In this document: positions 47,074-56,503 of the stretch, in pieces | Numbering within the stretch: the stretch's first letter is position 1 | Layout: every line of letters starts with the position of its first letter | Source: Pseudomonadota bacterium | GTDB taxonomy: Bacteria > Pseudomonadota > Alphaproteobacteria > Rhodobacterales > Rhodobacteraceae | Assembly (NCBI GenBank): GCA_039815685.1 | Contig: JBCBYV010000014.1 | Coordinates: forward strand, 12,338 to 76,337 | Length of the DNA: 64,000 nt | Direction of reading: 5' to 3' | Program-made: the position numbers and the translations under genes | Notes under the pieces: generated by a model | What the model saw: only the letters and a program-made list of their open reading frames with translations | Databases searched by the model: none | Told to the model about the DNA's origin: nothing

Positions 47074-48681
47074 ATGCGCGCCTTTGCCAGCCTCCTCGAA
47101 AGCCTCCTTTTCACGCCGTCGCGAAACGCGAAGCTGCGACTCATGGCGCGCTATTTCGAGGAGACGCCGGACCCGGATCGCGGCTGGGCCCTGGCGGCCC
47201 TCTCGGACGGCGTGGAACTGCCCGCCATCTCCGCCAGCCGCATCCGGGGCCTCGTCGAAGAGCGGGTCGACCCGGTCCTCTTCGCGCTTTCATACGACTA
47301 TGTCGGCGATCTCGCGGAGACCGTCGCGCTCATATGGCCCGTGCCGGAGGGCGCCTCATCGACCGACGGCACCGGCGAGACGCCGAGGCTCGGCGAGGTC
47401 GTCGACAGGTTGCGCGCGGCCTCGCGCACCGAGATCGGCGGCGTCTTCGCAGCCCTTCTCGACCGCATGGGCCCCTCCGAACGCCTCGCGCTCATCAAGC
47501 TCGTGACCCGCGGCATGCGTGTCGGCGTGAGTGCGCGCCTCGCCCGCACGGCGCTGGCGCAGTATTCGGGCCGCCCACTCGACAGGATCGAGGAACTCTG
47601 GTTCGGGATCGATCAGCCCTACGGGCCCCTCTTCGCCTGGCTCGATGGCGGCGACGAGCCCGCGGTCGATCTCAGCCTCGCCTTCCGCCCCATGATGCTA
47701 GCCCACCCGGTCGAAGAGCGTTGGTCCGAACTCGACCCAAAGGCCTATCGAGCCGAGTGGAAGTGGGACGGCATCCGCGTGCAGGCGGTGAGCTTCGGCG
47801 GCGCACGCAGGCTCTACAGCCGGACGGGCGAGGACATCGCCGAGGCCTTCCCGGACGTGATCGCGAGCATGGACTGGGAAGGCTGCGTCGACGGCGAACT
47901 GCTGGTGATCCGGGACGGCCATGTCGCCCCCTTCGCCGACCTCCAGCGCCGGCTCGGCCGCAAGCAGGTCGGCGCGAGGCTGCTGGCTGAGGCACCGGCG
48001 GCGATGCGCCTTTACGACATACTTCACGACGGGGAGCAGGATACCCGCCCCCTGCCCTTCGACGCCCGACGCACCGCCCTCGAAGCCTGGCACACCCGCT
48101 TCGCGCCCGACCGAACAGACCTCTCGGAACTCGTCCCCTTCGAGACCTGGTCGACGCTGGAGGAACTGCGGGAAGGCGCACGCGCCGAGGGCCAGGAAGG
48201 GCTCATGCTGAAGCGGCATGACAGCATCTATGCCGGCGGACGCCCGGTCGGCCCTTGGTTCAAGTGGAAGCGCGAGCCGCTCACCGCTGATTGCGTGCTG
48301 GTCTACGCCCAACGCGGCCACGGCAAGCGCTCGAGCTTCTACTCCGACTACACCTTCGCCGCCTGGACGCCTGCGAAACCCGGTGACAACGCACTCAGCC
48401 TCGTGCCGGTCGGGAAGGCCTATTCGGGCTATACGGACGAAGAGCTGAAGAAGCTCGACCGCTGGATCCGTAACAATACGATCGAGCGCTACGGCCCCGT
48501 GCGCTCGGTCGAACCGGCGCTGGTCCTCGAGGTTGCCTTCGATGCCGTGCAGCGCTCGACCCGTCACAAGTCCGGCATCGCCATGCGCTTCCCCCGCATC
48601 AAGCGCATCCGTTGGGACAAGCCGGCGGAGGAGGCGGATCGGCTGGAGACGCTGGAGGCGATGATCCCGGGCGTCGGATGA
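47074..48681 (+). CDS. ATP-dependent DNA ligase (Lhr-cluster / damage-response type)
   Basis: YDYVGDLAET, motif I EWKWDGIR, DGEL, EGLMLK, WFKWK, YAQRGHGKRS, SGIAMRFPR. Confidence 0.92.
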   Translation: MRAFASLLESLLFTPSRNAKLRLMARYFEETPDPDRGWALAALSDGVELPAISASRIRGLVEERVDPVLFALSYDYVGDLAETVALIWPVPEGASSTDGTGETPRLGEVVDRLRAASRTEIGGVFAALLDRMGPSERLALIKLVTRGMRVGVSARLARTALAQYSGRPLDRIEELWFGIDQPYGPLFAWLDGGDEPAVDLSLAFRPMMLAHPVEERWSELDPKAYRAEWKWDGIRVQAVSFGGARRLYSRTGEDIAEAFPDVIASMDWEGCVDGELLVIRDGHVAPFADLQRRLGRKQVGARLLAEAPAAMRLYDILHDGEQDTRPLPFDARRTALEAWHTRFAPDRTDLSELVPFETWSTLEELREGARAEGQEGLMLKRHDSIYAGGRPVGPWFKWKREPLTADCVLVYAQRGHGKRSSFYSDYTFAAWTPAKPGDNALSLVPVGKAYSGYTDEELKKLDRWIRNNTIERYGPVRSVEPALVLEVAFDAVQRSTRHKSGIAMRFPRIKRIRWDKPAEEADRLETLEAMIPGVG

Positions 48682-48747
48682 TCCCGGCAGCCCGGAGAAG
48701 CGGGCCGATTGTGGTTGTCCCAAGGGTCAGCCAACGCCTCGAAGCAG

Positions 48748-48778
48748 ATCCGCCGCACTCTGACCGAGAGCGGCGGAT
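48748..48778. terminator. Hairpin between convergent ligase and spondin genes
   Basis: ATCCGCCGC...GCGGCGGAT, 9-bp perfect stem. No strong U-tract. Confidence 0.5.
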
Positions 48779-48799
48779 GGGTGCTTAGGACGCGGCGGT

Positions 48800-50089
48800 T
48801 CAGGCGAGGATCAGGAATCCGTCCTCGATCGTCTCGGCGTTGACCGTCTCCGTCTCAGACGCGCCAACAAACGCCGCGATCAGATCGCCCGCGTCGAAGT
48901 CATCCTCGGCAAGCTGCGCCGACCAGAAGGCAGCACCACCCTCATCGGGCCCCCGCTCCACCGCATTCTGGTAGACGAAGTCGAGCAGCGCATCGCTGTC
49001 GGACGCATCCCCGCCCGCCGCGGCAAACTCGCCAGACGCAACGAAAGCATCCGCGATCGAGGCGATGCTCTGCCCGCCGAGCAGGATCTCCGTCCAGAAG
49101 GCGAGACCCGCGGCATCCGCCTCCCGGTCGAGGGCGATGTCGTAGAGCAGGCCGATCGCCACGGCCGCCGCATCGGTCGTCACCCCGAGGCTCGCATCGG
49201 TGAAGTCGATCTGCTCGACACCGCCGACCTCGACCTCGTCGCCATCCGCCTCGATGAAGCGGAACCCGGTGCCCGCCCGCACGACCTCGAGCCCCGCGAG
49301 AGCGGCGTCGATATCGACGGTGTCGTCTCCGTCCCCGCCATCGATGCGGTTCAGCCCGTCGAAGGAGACCGAGAGGCTGTCATCGCCATCGGTGCCGAGG
49401 GTCACGATCACTTCCTCGATCGTCACGGCTGCGATCTGGGCTCCGGGCTGCGTGAAGTCGGCGATCACCGGGTCGATGAAGTCACCGAACGCGTTCGTGC
49501 CACCCAGGATGATCTGCTCGAATTCGGGCTCCGGCAGCCCCAGCGAGCCGTTGAAGCCGGGATGCGCAGCGATCACACCGCCTTCCTCGATCCCGTCGTC
49601 GTTCTGCCCCTGGTTGATGAAGGCCGCGTCCATCTCCGTGTTCACTTCGGTCCCGGCATCAAGGACGTCGGTGCCGAGGAAGGTGATCGTCTGCGTGCCG
49701 AGGAAGTCGCCCGCCTCGTCGTAGATCGCGATCTCCTCCTCTGTGCCGACAAAGGCATCGTTCGACGGCAACAACATCGCGGCGAGGCTCAGAAAACGCG
49801 TATCCGTGCTGTCGGCGATCCCGACATTGACGGAAGCCGTCTCCTCGGTCGCGATGGGCCCGGCCGCACCGGTCACGATCCCACCCAGTCCTTCGGGGTC
49901 GGCCGCGACGAGCTCCTCGGCAATCGTCATGAAGGTGCCGTCCTCGGCGATCCGCTCGAGCCCCTCGGACGCCGTCTCGCCTACCTCGAAGAGATCAAAG
50001 CCTTCGTCATGCACCCCGAACCAGAAGGGAGTGAGAACCGTCCCTCCTTCGGGCGAAAGATTCTCAACCGTAATGCGGATCTCAGTCAT
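48800..50089 (-). CDS. Acidic Spondin_N-domain protein with RTX-like repeats and C-terminal DUF4214-like domain
   Basis: ITVENLSP...LTPFW.GVH, ASEGLERIAEDG, MLLPSNDAF, DAGTEVN; GTDGDDSL and DGGDGDDTV; LYDIALDREADAAGLAFW...F..S.EF. No Sec signal. Confidence 0.75.
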   Translation of the reverse strand: MTEIRITVENLSPEGGTVLTPFWFGVHDEGFDLFEVGETASEGLERIAEDGTFMTIAEELVAADPEGLGGIVTGAAGPIATEETASVNVGIADSTDTRFLSLAAMLLPSNDAFVGTEEEIAIYDEAGDFLGTQTITFLGTDVLDAGTEVNTEMDAAFINQGQNDDGIEEGGVIAAHPGFNGSLGLPEPEFEQIILGGTNAFGDFIDPVIADFTQPGAQIAAVTIEEVIVTLGTDGDDSLSVSFDGLNRIDGGDGDDTVDIDAALAGLEVVRAGTGFRFIEADGDEVEVGGVEQIDFTDASLGVTTDAAAVAIGLLYDIALDREADAAGLAFWTEILLGGQSIASIADAFVASGEFAAAGGDASDSDALLDFVYQNAVERGPDEGGAAFWSAQLAEDDFDAGDLIAAFVGASETETVNAETIEDGFLILA

Positions 50090-50218
50090 TCTGGCCTCCG
50101 TCTGCATGTGCGCTCTGGTGGTGCGCTTGCCCTCGCGTCGCGCAATCTCGCTGGAGGCTCGATCACTGTCCCATGATATAATGGTGATAGCGGCGTGATG
50201 GGTGGTGTGGCCGCTCGC

Positions 50219-50806
50219 CTAAAGCGCTTTCATCCAAAGGCTCATCGGCTTTTCGGTCTCCGCGGCGTCGCCGATGTCGCGCCACGGAAAGCGGGCTTCC
50301 GCATGCTCGATGCACCGGTAGCCATAGCGCTGCCAGATCGGATCGAGGGGGGCGTAGTCCGCCGGACGTCGCGGATCGTCAGGCCGGCGAATGACGGCGC
50401 AGAAGACGGAGTGGCGGCGCCTCAGCGCCCGACCGGCAGCCTCGCGTAACTCGAAAAAGCGCCGATAGACCCCCTGACCCCGGCACGCCGGCAGGAGAAC
50501 GCTCTCCCCGCAATACCAGGTCTGGGCCGGATCGATCCCCGCGGCGGCGAGGGCCTCCGCGAACTCAGCCGCATGGTCCTCCATCGGGGCGCCCGTCGCC
50601 GCGCCGACCAGACGCTCACCATCGAAACAGCCGACCACAAGGGCGTCGGGGCTCTCGGTATAGGCGCATAGATAGGATGCCTCATAGGACCGATCCCCGT
50701 CGTATAGATAGGGAAAGGCGCGGAAGACGGTGATGCGAAGCGTCGCGAGGTCGTCGAGCCGCGCTTCGACCTCGGCCCGCGAAAGCGCGCGGATCTCGAG
50801 GGTCAT
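50219..50806 (-). CDS. GNAT-family N-acetyltransferase
   Basis: FRAFPYLYDG, YCGESVLLPACRGQG (acetyl-CoA loop). ATGA overlap with mnmD. Confidence 0.8.
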   Translation of the reverse strand: MTLEIRALSRAEVEARLDDLATLRITVFRAFPYLYDGDRSYEASYLCAYTESPDALVVGCFDGERLVGAATGAPMEDHAAEFAEALAAAGIDPAQTWYCGESVLLPACRGQGVYRRFFELREAAGRALRRRHSVFCAVIRRPDDPRRPADYAPLDPIWQRYGYRCIEHAEARFPWRDIGDAAETEKPMSLWMKAL

Positions 50807-51564
50807 GCCGATGCCCCGTCGGTCGCTCCTCGCCCGTCCTGCAATCGCGCGGTCACCATCTCCCGCTTTGAGCCGAAGCCCGCGCGCTTCTTCACGACGA
50901 AGCCGGCAGCGCGAAGCGCGCGGCGCACGGCGCCTGCCGCGGTGTAGCTCGCGGCCGTCCCGCCGGGGCGCGTTGCCCGGGCAACGGCGGCCAGCAGCGG
51001 CGGCTCCCACATCTCAGGATTGCGGGAGGGGGCGAACCCGTCGAGGAACCACGCATCCACGGGGCGGTTATCGAGCGCGAAGCTCGGCACGCGCACGCGC
51101 GCATCCCCGACGCGGACCTCGAGACGCAGATCGCCAAGATCGAGCCCGATGGTGCCGTCGACGGGCGGACTATCCGGCCAGGCGCCGAGCAACTCCGCCG
51201 CCTCGAGCCTCAGCGACGGGAAGGGGCCGAGCGCCCGTGCAAGGGCGGCGCGGTCGAGCGGTGCCTCCTCGAAGCTCACATGCTCAAGCACCGCGCCAGG
51301 CACCGCCAGCTGGCGCCAGAGCGACCAGGCCGCCAGCGTCGCAAGCCCCGCCCCGAAGCCGAGCTCGCCGGTCCGGAAGCCTTCACCGGCTCCCATCCCT
51401 CCCTCCGACCATCGGCGGGGCAGCTCGTTGCCGTCGAGATAGACGTGCCGCGTCTCCGCAAACCCGTCGGCCGGCGCGTAGAAGGGATCATTGTAGCGGC
51501 GCGAAAACGGCACCGGGCCCGGGCCGCCGGTGACCCAGTCAAGACCGTCTTCGGCTATCCCCAT
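50803..51564 (-). CDS. mnmD: tRNA (mnm5s2U34) methyltransferase, stand-alone MnmC methyltransferase domain
   Basis: GELGFGAGL, VGDAR, AWFLDGFAPSRNPEMW, SYTAAGAVRRAL, GFGSKREM. Confidence 0.9.
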   Translation of the reverse strand: MGIAEDGLDWVTGGPGPVPFSRRYNDPFYAPADGFAETRHVYLDGNELPRRWSEGGMGAGEGFRTGELGFGAGLATLAAWSLWRQLAVPGAVLEHVSFEEAPLDRAALARALGPFPSLRLEAAELLGAWPDSPPVDGTIGLDLGDLRLEVRVGDARVRVPSFALDNRPVDAWFLDGFAPSRNPEMWEPPLLAAVARATRPGGTAASYTAAGAVRRALRAAGFVVKKRAGFGSKREMVTARLQDGRGATDGASA

Positions 51565-51638
51565 GCTCTGGGCCCTCTCACCGGCCTGCTGCCCTGACCC
51601 TGATGGACTTGGCCGGAGAGATTGGCAAGGAAGGCTGC

Positions 51639-52820
51639 ATGGCAGGGCTGGTGTCGGGTTTTGAGGTTGCGGTTGTCGGCGCCGGGGTCGCGGGGTTGAC
51701 CCTGGCGCGGGAGCTGCTGGCCCGGGGAGCGCGCGTCACCGTGCTCGACGGTGGCGCACCGCCTGCGTCCGCCACGCCGGTCGGCGCCCTCATGCCCCTG
51801 CCGCGTGCCGCGCCCGACGATCCACTGGCAGCGCTGCAGACCGATGGCCTCACCGCCATGCCGGGCCTTGCAGCAGCACTCGCAGCGGAGACGCGCATCG
51901 ACCCCGGGTACCGGGTGGTGGGACGGGTCACCCCGATCGCCGATCCGAAGACGACGGCAGAGGCGATCGCGCGCTTCGGGGCGATCGCGGCGGCGCAGCA
52001 GGCCGCAGGCCATCGCCCAACGGAGACCGCACCACCGCTGTGTGCGCTCGGGGCGGGGCAGCTCCACACCGCCATCCCGCATGGCTTCTTGGCCCCAGAC
52101 GCCGCGGCACATGGCGGCATGGTCGACACCGTGACCGCGCGCATCGATGCAGCGATGCTCCTCCGGGCGCTCCGCGCCGCCGTCTCCAACCATCCGAACG
52201 GTACGATCCTCGACGCCTGGCCGGTTGGTCACCTCGCCGCGGCGCAAGCGGCGGGCGGGCGCGCGGCCGCCATCGGTCCGCGAGGGCGCCTCCCGGCCGA
52301 TGCGGTGGTCGTCGCTTCGGGCCATAGTGCGGCGGCCTTCGCTTCCGCCATGGGCATGGACGCCGGCCGCCCGGTGAAGGGGCAGGCCGCCATGCTGAAG
52401 GCCCGCCTGCCGGACGGCGCCCCGGTCGTGCAGGCGCCGGGCCTCTTCATCGTGCCGCATTCACCTGGGCCCGATGGCGCGCCCCGCGTCGGCGTCGGCA
52501 GCACCCGAGAGGCCGGCCGCACCGATCTCGCGACCAACGCTCAGCTCGACGAGGTCATCGACCGCGCCGCCGAGTTCGTGCCGGCGCTGAAGCGCGCTCC
52601 GGTCCTCTCGCGCTGGGCCGGCATCCGCCCCCGCCCGCCAGCGCGCCTGCCGCAAGCAGGCCCGATCCCGGCCCGCCCCGGCCTCTGGATGCTGACCGGC
52701 GGCCACGGTATCGGCATCGCCCTCGCCCCGGCCTTGGCCAAACGCGTGGCGGAAGCGCTGATCGGCGAACGGCCCCTGCCAGCCCTACCGACGCGCCGGG
52801 TGAGACACACCAAGGCTTAG
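51639..52820 (+). CDS. FAD-dependent oxidoreductase (DAO family; possibly the stand-alone MnmC oxidase half)
   Basis: VVGAGVAG, RPVKGQ, WAGIRPR, GHGIGIALAP. Divergent from mnmD. Start could be 51603. Confidence 0.75.
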   Translation: MAGLVSGFEVAVVGAGVAGLTLARELLARGARVTVLDGGAPPASATPVGALMPLPRAAPDDPLAALQTDGLTAMPGLAAALAAETRIDPGYRVVGRVTPIADPKTTAEAIARFGAIAAAQQAAGHRPTETAPPLCALGAGQLHTAIPHGFLAPDAAAHGGMVDTVTARIDAAMLLRALRAAVSNHPNGTILDAWPVGHLAAAQAAGGRAAAIGPRGRLPADAVVVASGHSAAAFASAMGMDAGRPVKGQAAMLKARLPDGAPVVQAPGLFIVPHSPGPDGAPRVGVGSTREAGRTDLATNAQLDEVIDRAAEFVPALKRAPVLSRWAGIRPRPPARLPQAGPIPARPGLWMLTGGHGIGIALAPALAKRVAEALIGERPLPALPTRRVRHTKA

Positions 52821-52833
52821 GGCCGCCCCATCC

Positions 52834-53796
52834 TCAATCGGCAGCGCGGCGTGCCACCTCGGGCGCCTTGGTCTCTGCGCGCAGGACGGTCTCGATGATG
52901 AAGATCGGGCGGCGCTTCGACTCCATGTAGAGCCGGCCGAGATACTCCCCCAGGACACCGATCATGATCATCTGCATCCCGCCAATCAGCAGCACGATCA
53001 TCATCAGCGAGGTCCAGCCGTCGACCGTTCGTCCGGCGACCCAGACGGCCAGCGTATAAAGGATCAGCAAGCACGAAACGAAAGCCAGCGCAAAGCCCAT
53101 CCAGGTCGCGAGCCTGAGGGGTACGGTGGAAAATGCTGTGATCGCATCGAGGGCGAGGCGCAGCATCTTCGCCAGCGGATACTTGGTCTCACCGGCAAAC
53201 CTCGGATCTCTGTCATACTCGATCGCGGTCTGTCGAAAGCCGATCCACGCCACCATGCCACGGATGTATCTCTGGCGCTCTGGCATCCCCTGGAGCACTT
53301 CGACGACGCGACTGCTCATCAGGCGGAAGTCCCCGGTGTCCTTGGGAATGGCTGTATCCACCATCAGGTTCAGCAGCCGATAGAAGAGGGAGGCGGACTT
53401 CTTCTTGAAATATGTCTCGCCCGTCCGCTCACGACGCTGCCCGTAGACGACGTCAAAGCCCTGATCCATCAGCTCCATCATCGGACCGAGCAGTTCGGGC
53501 GGATCCTGCAGATCGGCATCCAGCACCATCACCCGCTCCCCGCGCGCGACGCTCAACCCCGCCGTGAGCGCAAGCTGGTGCCCATGGTTGCGGGCAAGCA
53601 GACAGCCGACGAAGCGGCGATCTTCGTCATGGAAGCGTGTGATCATGGCGCGCGTTTCATCACGCGAGCCGTCATCGATCAGCACGATCTCGAAATCGTT
53701 GCCCACGACCGCCTCGCAGGCCGCCACTACCCGGCGCCGCAATTCGACCAAGCCGTCGGCCTCGTTGTAGCAGGGGACGACGACCGAGAGCTTCAA
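52834..53796 (-). CDS. GT2 polyprenol-phosphate glycosyltransferase (GtrB/CsbB-like)
   Basis: LSVVVPCYNE, DDGSRD, RNHGHQLAL, DADLQDPP, DTGDFRLMS, two C-terminal TMs, LGEYLGRLY. Confidence 0.9.
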   Translation of the reverse strand: MKLSVVVPCYNEADGLVELRRRVVAACEAVVGNDFEIVLIDDGSRDETRAMITRFHDEDRRFVGCLLARNHGHQLALTAGLSVARGERVMVLDADLQDPPELLGPMMELMDQGFDVVYGQRRERTGETYFKKKSASLFYRLLNLMVDTAIPKDTGDFRLMSSRVVEVLQGMPERQRYIRGMVAWIGFRQTAIEYDRDPRFAGETKYPLAKMLRLALDAITAFSTVPLRLATWMGFALAFVSCLLILYTLAVWVAGRTVDGWTSLMMIVLLIGGMQMIMIGVLGEYLGRLYMESKRRPIFIIETVLRAETKAPEVARRAAD

Positions 53797-53885
53797 GGGA
53801 AACCCACCACTGTTTCGGGACGGTCCGAAGGGATTACCCTCCGGCGACAGGAAGCGCTACGACTGCGGCGCCCGCAAACGGACGA

Positions 53886-54263
53886 TCAGCTCTCGCCTTC
53901 TGCTTCGCGGGCGAGTTCGATGGCGCGCTCGGCCGTTTCCTCGGCATCCTCTTCCGCCAGCGTCTCCAGTCGGCCCTCGGTGGCGAGGGCGGAGGCCTGG
54001 CGGGCCTTGAGACGGGCGGACTCGGCCAGACCGATCGCCTCGTCCTTCTGGCCCGTCGCCGCCAGATCCTCGGCCGCGGTCAGTTCGGCCTGCGCTTCGA
54101 AGAGCCGCTCGGACGCATAGCTCGCCGCCTGGTTGGTCATCGCGTTCTCGACCGCCGCCCGCGCCTTCAAGAGCGCCACTTCGGTGTCGCTCATGCCGCC
54201 ACAGCCGGCCAGCAGAAGGCCAAGGCCCAGGCCAACGCCCATCATCGTCCGGTTCAGCGTCAT
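53886..54263 (-). CDS. DUF4398-like lipoprotein
   Basis: Lipobox LLLAGC, A...A..YA...L..A...L helical pattern. ATG 54263 after GGAGGAG. Confidence 0.7.
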   Translation of the reverse strand: MTLNRTMMGVGLGLGLLLAGCGGMSDTEVALLKARAAVENAMTNQAASYASERLFEAQAELTAAEDLAATGQKDEAIGLAESARLKARQASALATEGRLETLAEEDAEETAERAIELAREAEGES

Positions 54264-54701
54264 GCCAACTCTCCTCCGCAATGCCGCGCAGATGCAGCGA
54301 ATTTCGCGCTGCACCCTATCGTCCGGAGGCTTTGCCTGCCACAGCGCCGTGCCGACACCGCCAAACTTCGCCAGGGGAGTTGCACGGACACAATGGCTGA
54401 GGTGCCGGACGCGAAGGACAGCCCCATTTTTGGGCATTCCATCCTGAGCCGAAGGACCGGCAAACCTTGAAACACCGGTCCGACACGGCGCCTCACCATC
54501 CATTCCACGGAAAGACCGCACGTTAGCCGCACAAACGCACAGACAATCACCGTGGTTCATGCTGACAGGGCGAATGAAGATTGTGTAACCAGTGATTCCG
54601 CAGGCAACGGCACTACCTCCGCGTGTGCGCCGCGTGAATGAACATTGCGTGCGTTAAAAAACAGCCCTTAGAGGGGCGCTCCATCCCTTGGGAGGAACCA
54701 C

Positions 54702-55826
54702 ATGACTGACACCACCAACACCCGCCGCTCTTTCCTTCGCGGGGGCCTACTGGCAGGCGGCGCCGCTGCAGCCACCCTCGCGGCGCCGCAGGTCAGCCGC
54801 GCTCAGACCGTCACCATCAAGATGCAGGGCGCCTGGCCCGACGCCAACGTCTTCTCCGACTTCGCCAAGCAGTATGTAGATCGCGTCAACAAGATGTCCG
54901 GCGGGCGCATGCAGGTCGACTATCTGCCCTCGGGCGCGGTCGTGAAGGCGTTCCAGATCCAGGATGCCGTTGCGGACGGCGTCCTCGACGGCGGGCACCA
55001 CGTGACCGCCTACTGGTACGGCAAGAACAAGGCCGCCTCGCTCTTCGGCACCGGCCCCGTCTTTGGCGCGAACGCCGCGCAGATGCTTGCCTGGATCCAG
55101 TATGGCGGCGGCAAGGCGCTCTATGACGAGCTCATCCAGGACGTGCTCGGCCTCAACCTCGTCGGCTTCTTCTGCATGCCCATGCCAACACAGCCTCTCG
55201 GCTGGTTCAAGCAGGAGGTGACGAGCCTCGACGACATGAAGGGCCTGAAGTGGCGCACCGTCGGCCTCGCAGCGGACGTCATGCAGCAGGCGGGCGTCGC
55301 CGTGACCCAGCTTCCGGGTGGCGAGATCGTCCCGGCGCTCGAGCGCGGCGTGATCGACGCGTTCGAGTTCAACAACCCGACCTCGGACAGCCAGTTTGGT
55401 GCGCAGGACGTCTCGAAGCACTACCACATGTCGAGCTACCATCAGGCGGCGGAGTTCTTCGAGATCATCTTCAACCGCGATGTCTTCGACGGCCTCTCCG
55501 AAGAGCAACAGTCGATCCTCGAATACGCGGCGGAAGCAGCCAACACCGCTAACTACGGTCTGGCCATGGACAAGTATTCGGCAGATCTGCAGAAGCTGAT
55601 CAACGAGGACGGCGTGAACGTCTACCGCACACCGACCTCGATCCTGCAGGAGCAGCTCGGCGCCTGGGACGCGGTTCTGGAAGACCTGAACCAGGATGCG
55701 TTCTTCAAGAAGGTGGTCGACAGCCAGAAGGCCTGGGCCGAGCGCTGTGCGTTCTACGACCTGCTGAACGCTGCCGACTACAAGCTTGCCTACGATCACT
55801 ACTTCCCGGGCAAGCTGCCCTTCTGA
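54702..55826 (+). CDS. TRAP substrate-binding protein, Tat-exported (TakP/keto-acid type)
   Basis: TRRSFLRGG, PMPTQPLGWF, GLKWRTVG, GGEIVPALERGVIDAFEF. Confidence 0.9.
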   Translation: MTDTTNTRRSFLRGGLLAGGAAAATLAAPQVSRAQTVTIKMQGAWPDANVFSDFAKQYVDRVNKMSGGRMQVDYLPSGAVVKAFQIQDAVADGVLDGGHHVTAYWYGKNKAASLFGTGPVFGANAAQMLAWIQYGGGKALYDELIQDVLGLNLVGFFCMPMPTQPLGWFKQEVTSLDDMKGLKWRTVGLAADVMQQAGVAVTQLPGGEIVPALERGVIDAFEFNNPTSDSQFGAQDVSKHYHMSSYHQAAEFFEIIFNRDVFDGLSEEQQSILEYAAEAANTANYGLAMDKYSADLQKLINEDGVNVYRTPTSILQEQLGAWDAVLEDLNQDAFFKKVVDSQKAWAERCAFYDLLNAADYKLAYDHYFPGKLPF

Positions 55827-55848
55827 TCGCGGTCTGTGTAGCGATGCT

Positions 55849-55875
55849 GCCGGGCGCCCCCAATGGGCGCTCGGC
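55849..55875 (+). terminator. Hairpin between dctP and dctQ
   Basis: GCCGGGCGCCC-CCAAT-GGGCGCTCGGC. Confidence 0.5.
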
Positions 55876-55897
55876 TCTCGCCTAGTCGGAGCGTCCC

Positions 55898-56491
55898 ATG
55901 ATCGCTGCCATCCACTTCATCGACCGGCTGACCAGCTGGTTCGGCCGGGCCTTCGCCTGGTGCATCCTGATCATGACCTTCGGCGTCGCCTACGAGGTCT
56001 TCAGCCGATACCTCTTCGGCGCGCCCACCGCCTGGGCCTTCGACCTCAGCTACATGATGTACGGCGCACTCTTCATGATGGGCGGCGCCTACGCGCTGGC
56101 CACCAACGCCCATGTGCGCGGCGATTTCCTCTACCGGCTCTGGTCGCCGCGCTGGCAGGGCCGCGTTGAGGTCGTGCTCTACTTCATCTTCTTCTTCCCC
56201 GGCGTGCTCGCCCTCATCTTCGCCGGGTGGAAATATGCAGAGCGCTCGATCCGCTTCACCGAGGTGAGCGTGATGAGCCCCGCCGGCATGCCGATCTTTC
56301 AGTTCAAGGTGCTGATCGTCGCCGCCGGCGTCCTGCTGCTGCTGCAGGGCATCGCGCAGGTCCTCCGCTGCCTCTGGGCCATCCGCTACAATGAGTGGAT
56401 CGGACATGACGAGGATGTGGAGGAGCTTGAGGACGTCATCCTGCGCGAGGCGCGTGAAAAGGGCCTCGGCGGCGGCACCCCGCGGAACTAA
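55898..56491 (+). CDS. TRAP small permease (DctQ)
   Basis: YEVFSRYLFGAPT.WAFD, YGALFMMGGAY, HVRGDFLY. Confidence 0.9.
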   Translation: MIAAIHFIDRLTSWFGRAFAWCILIMTFGVAYEVFSRYLFGAPTAWAFDLSYMMYGALFMMGGAYALATNAHVRGDFLYRLWSPRWQGRVEVVLYFIFFFPGVLALIFAGWKYAERSIRFTEVSVMSPAGMPIFQFKVLIVAAGVLLLLQGIAQVLRCLWAIRYNEWIGHDEDVEELEDVILREAREKGLGGGTPRN

Positions 56492-56503
56492 GGAACAACA
56501 AAA

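Noticed and set aside
54600-54630. Sigma-54 promoter-like CGGCAC upstream of the third TRAP operon
   Set aside because: No TTGC -12 element at the required spacing.
54264-54701. 438-bp intergenic region and the N-terminal extension of ORF 53886-54560
   Set aside because: The extension has no RBS and an atypical composition; the region is best read as divergent promoters, with no structured RNA recognised.
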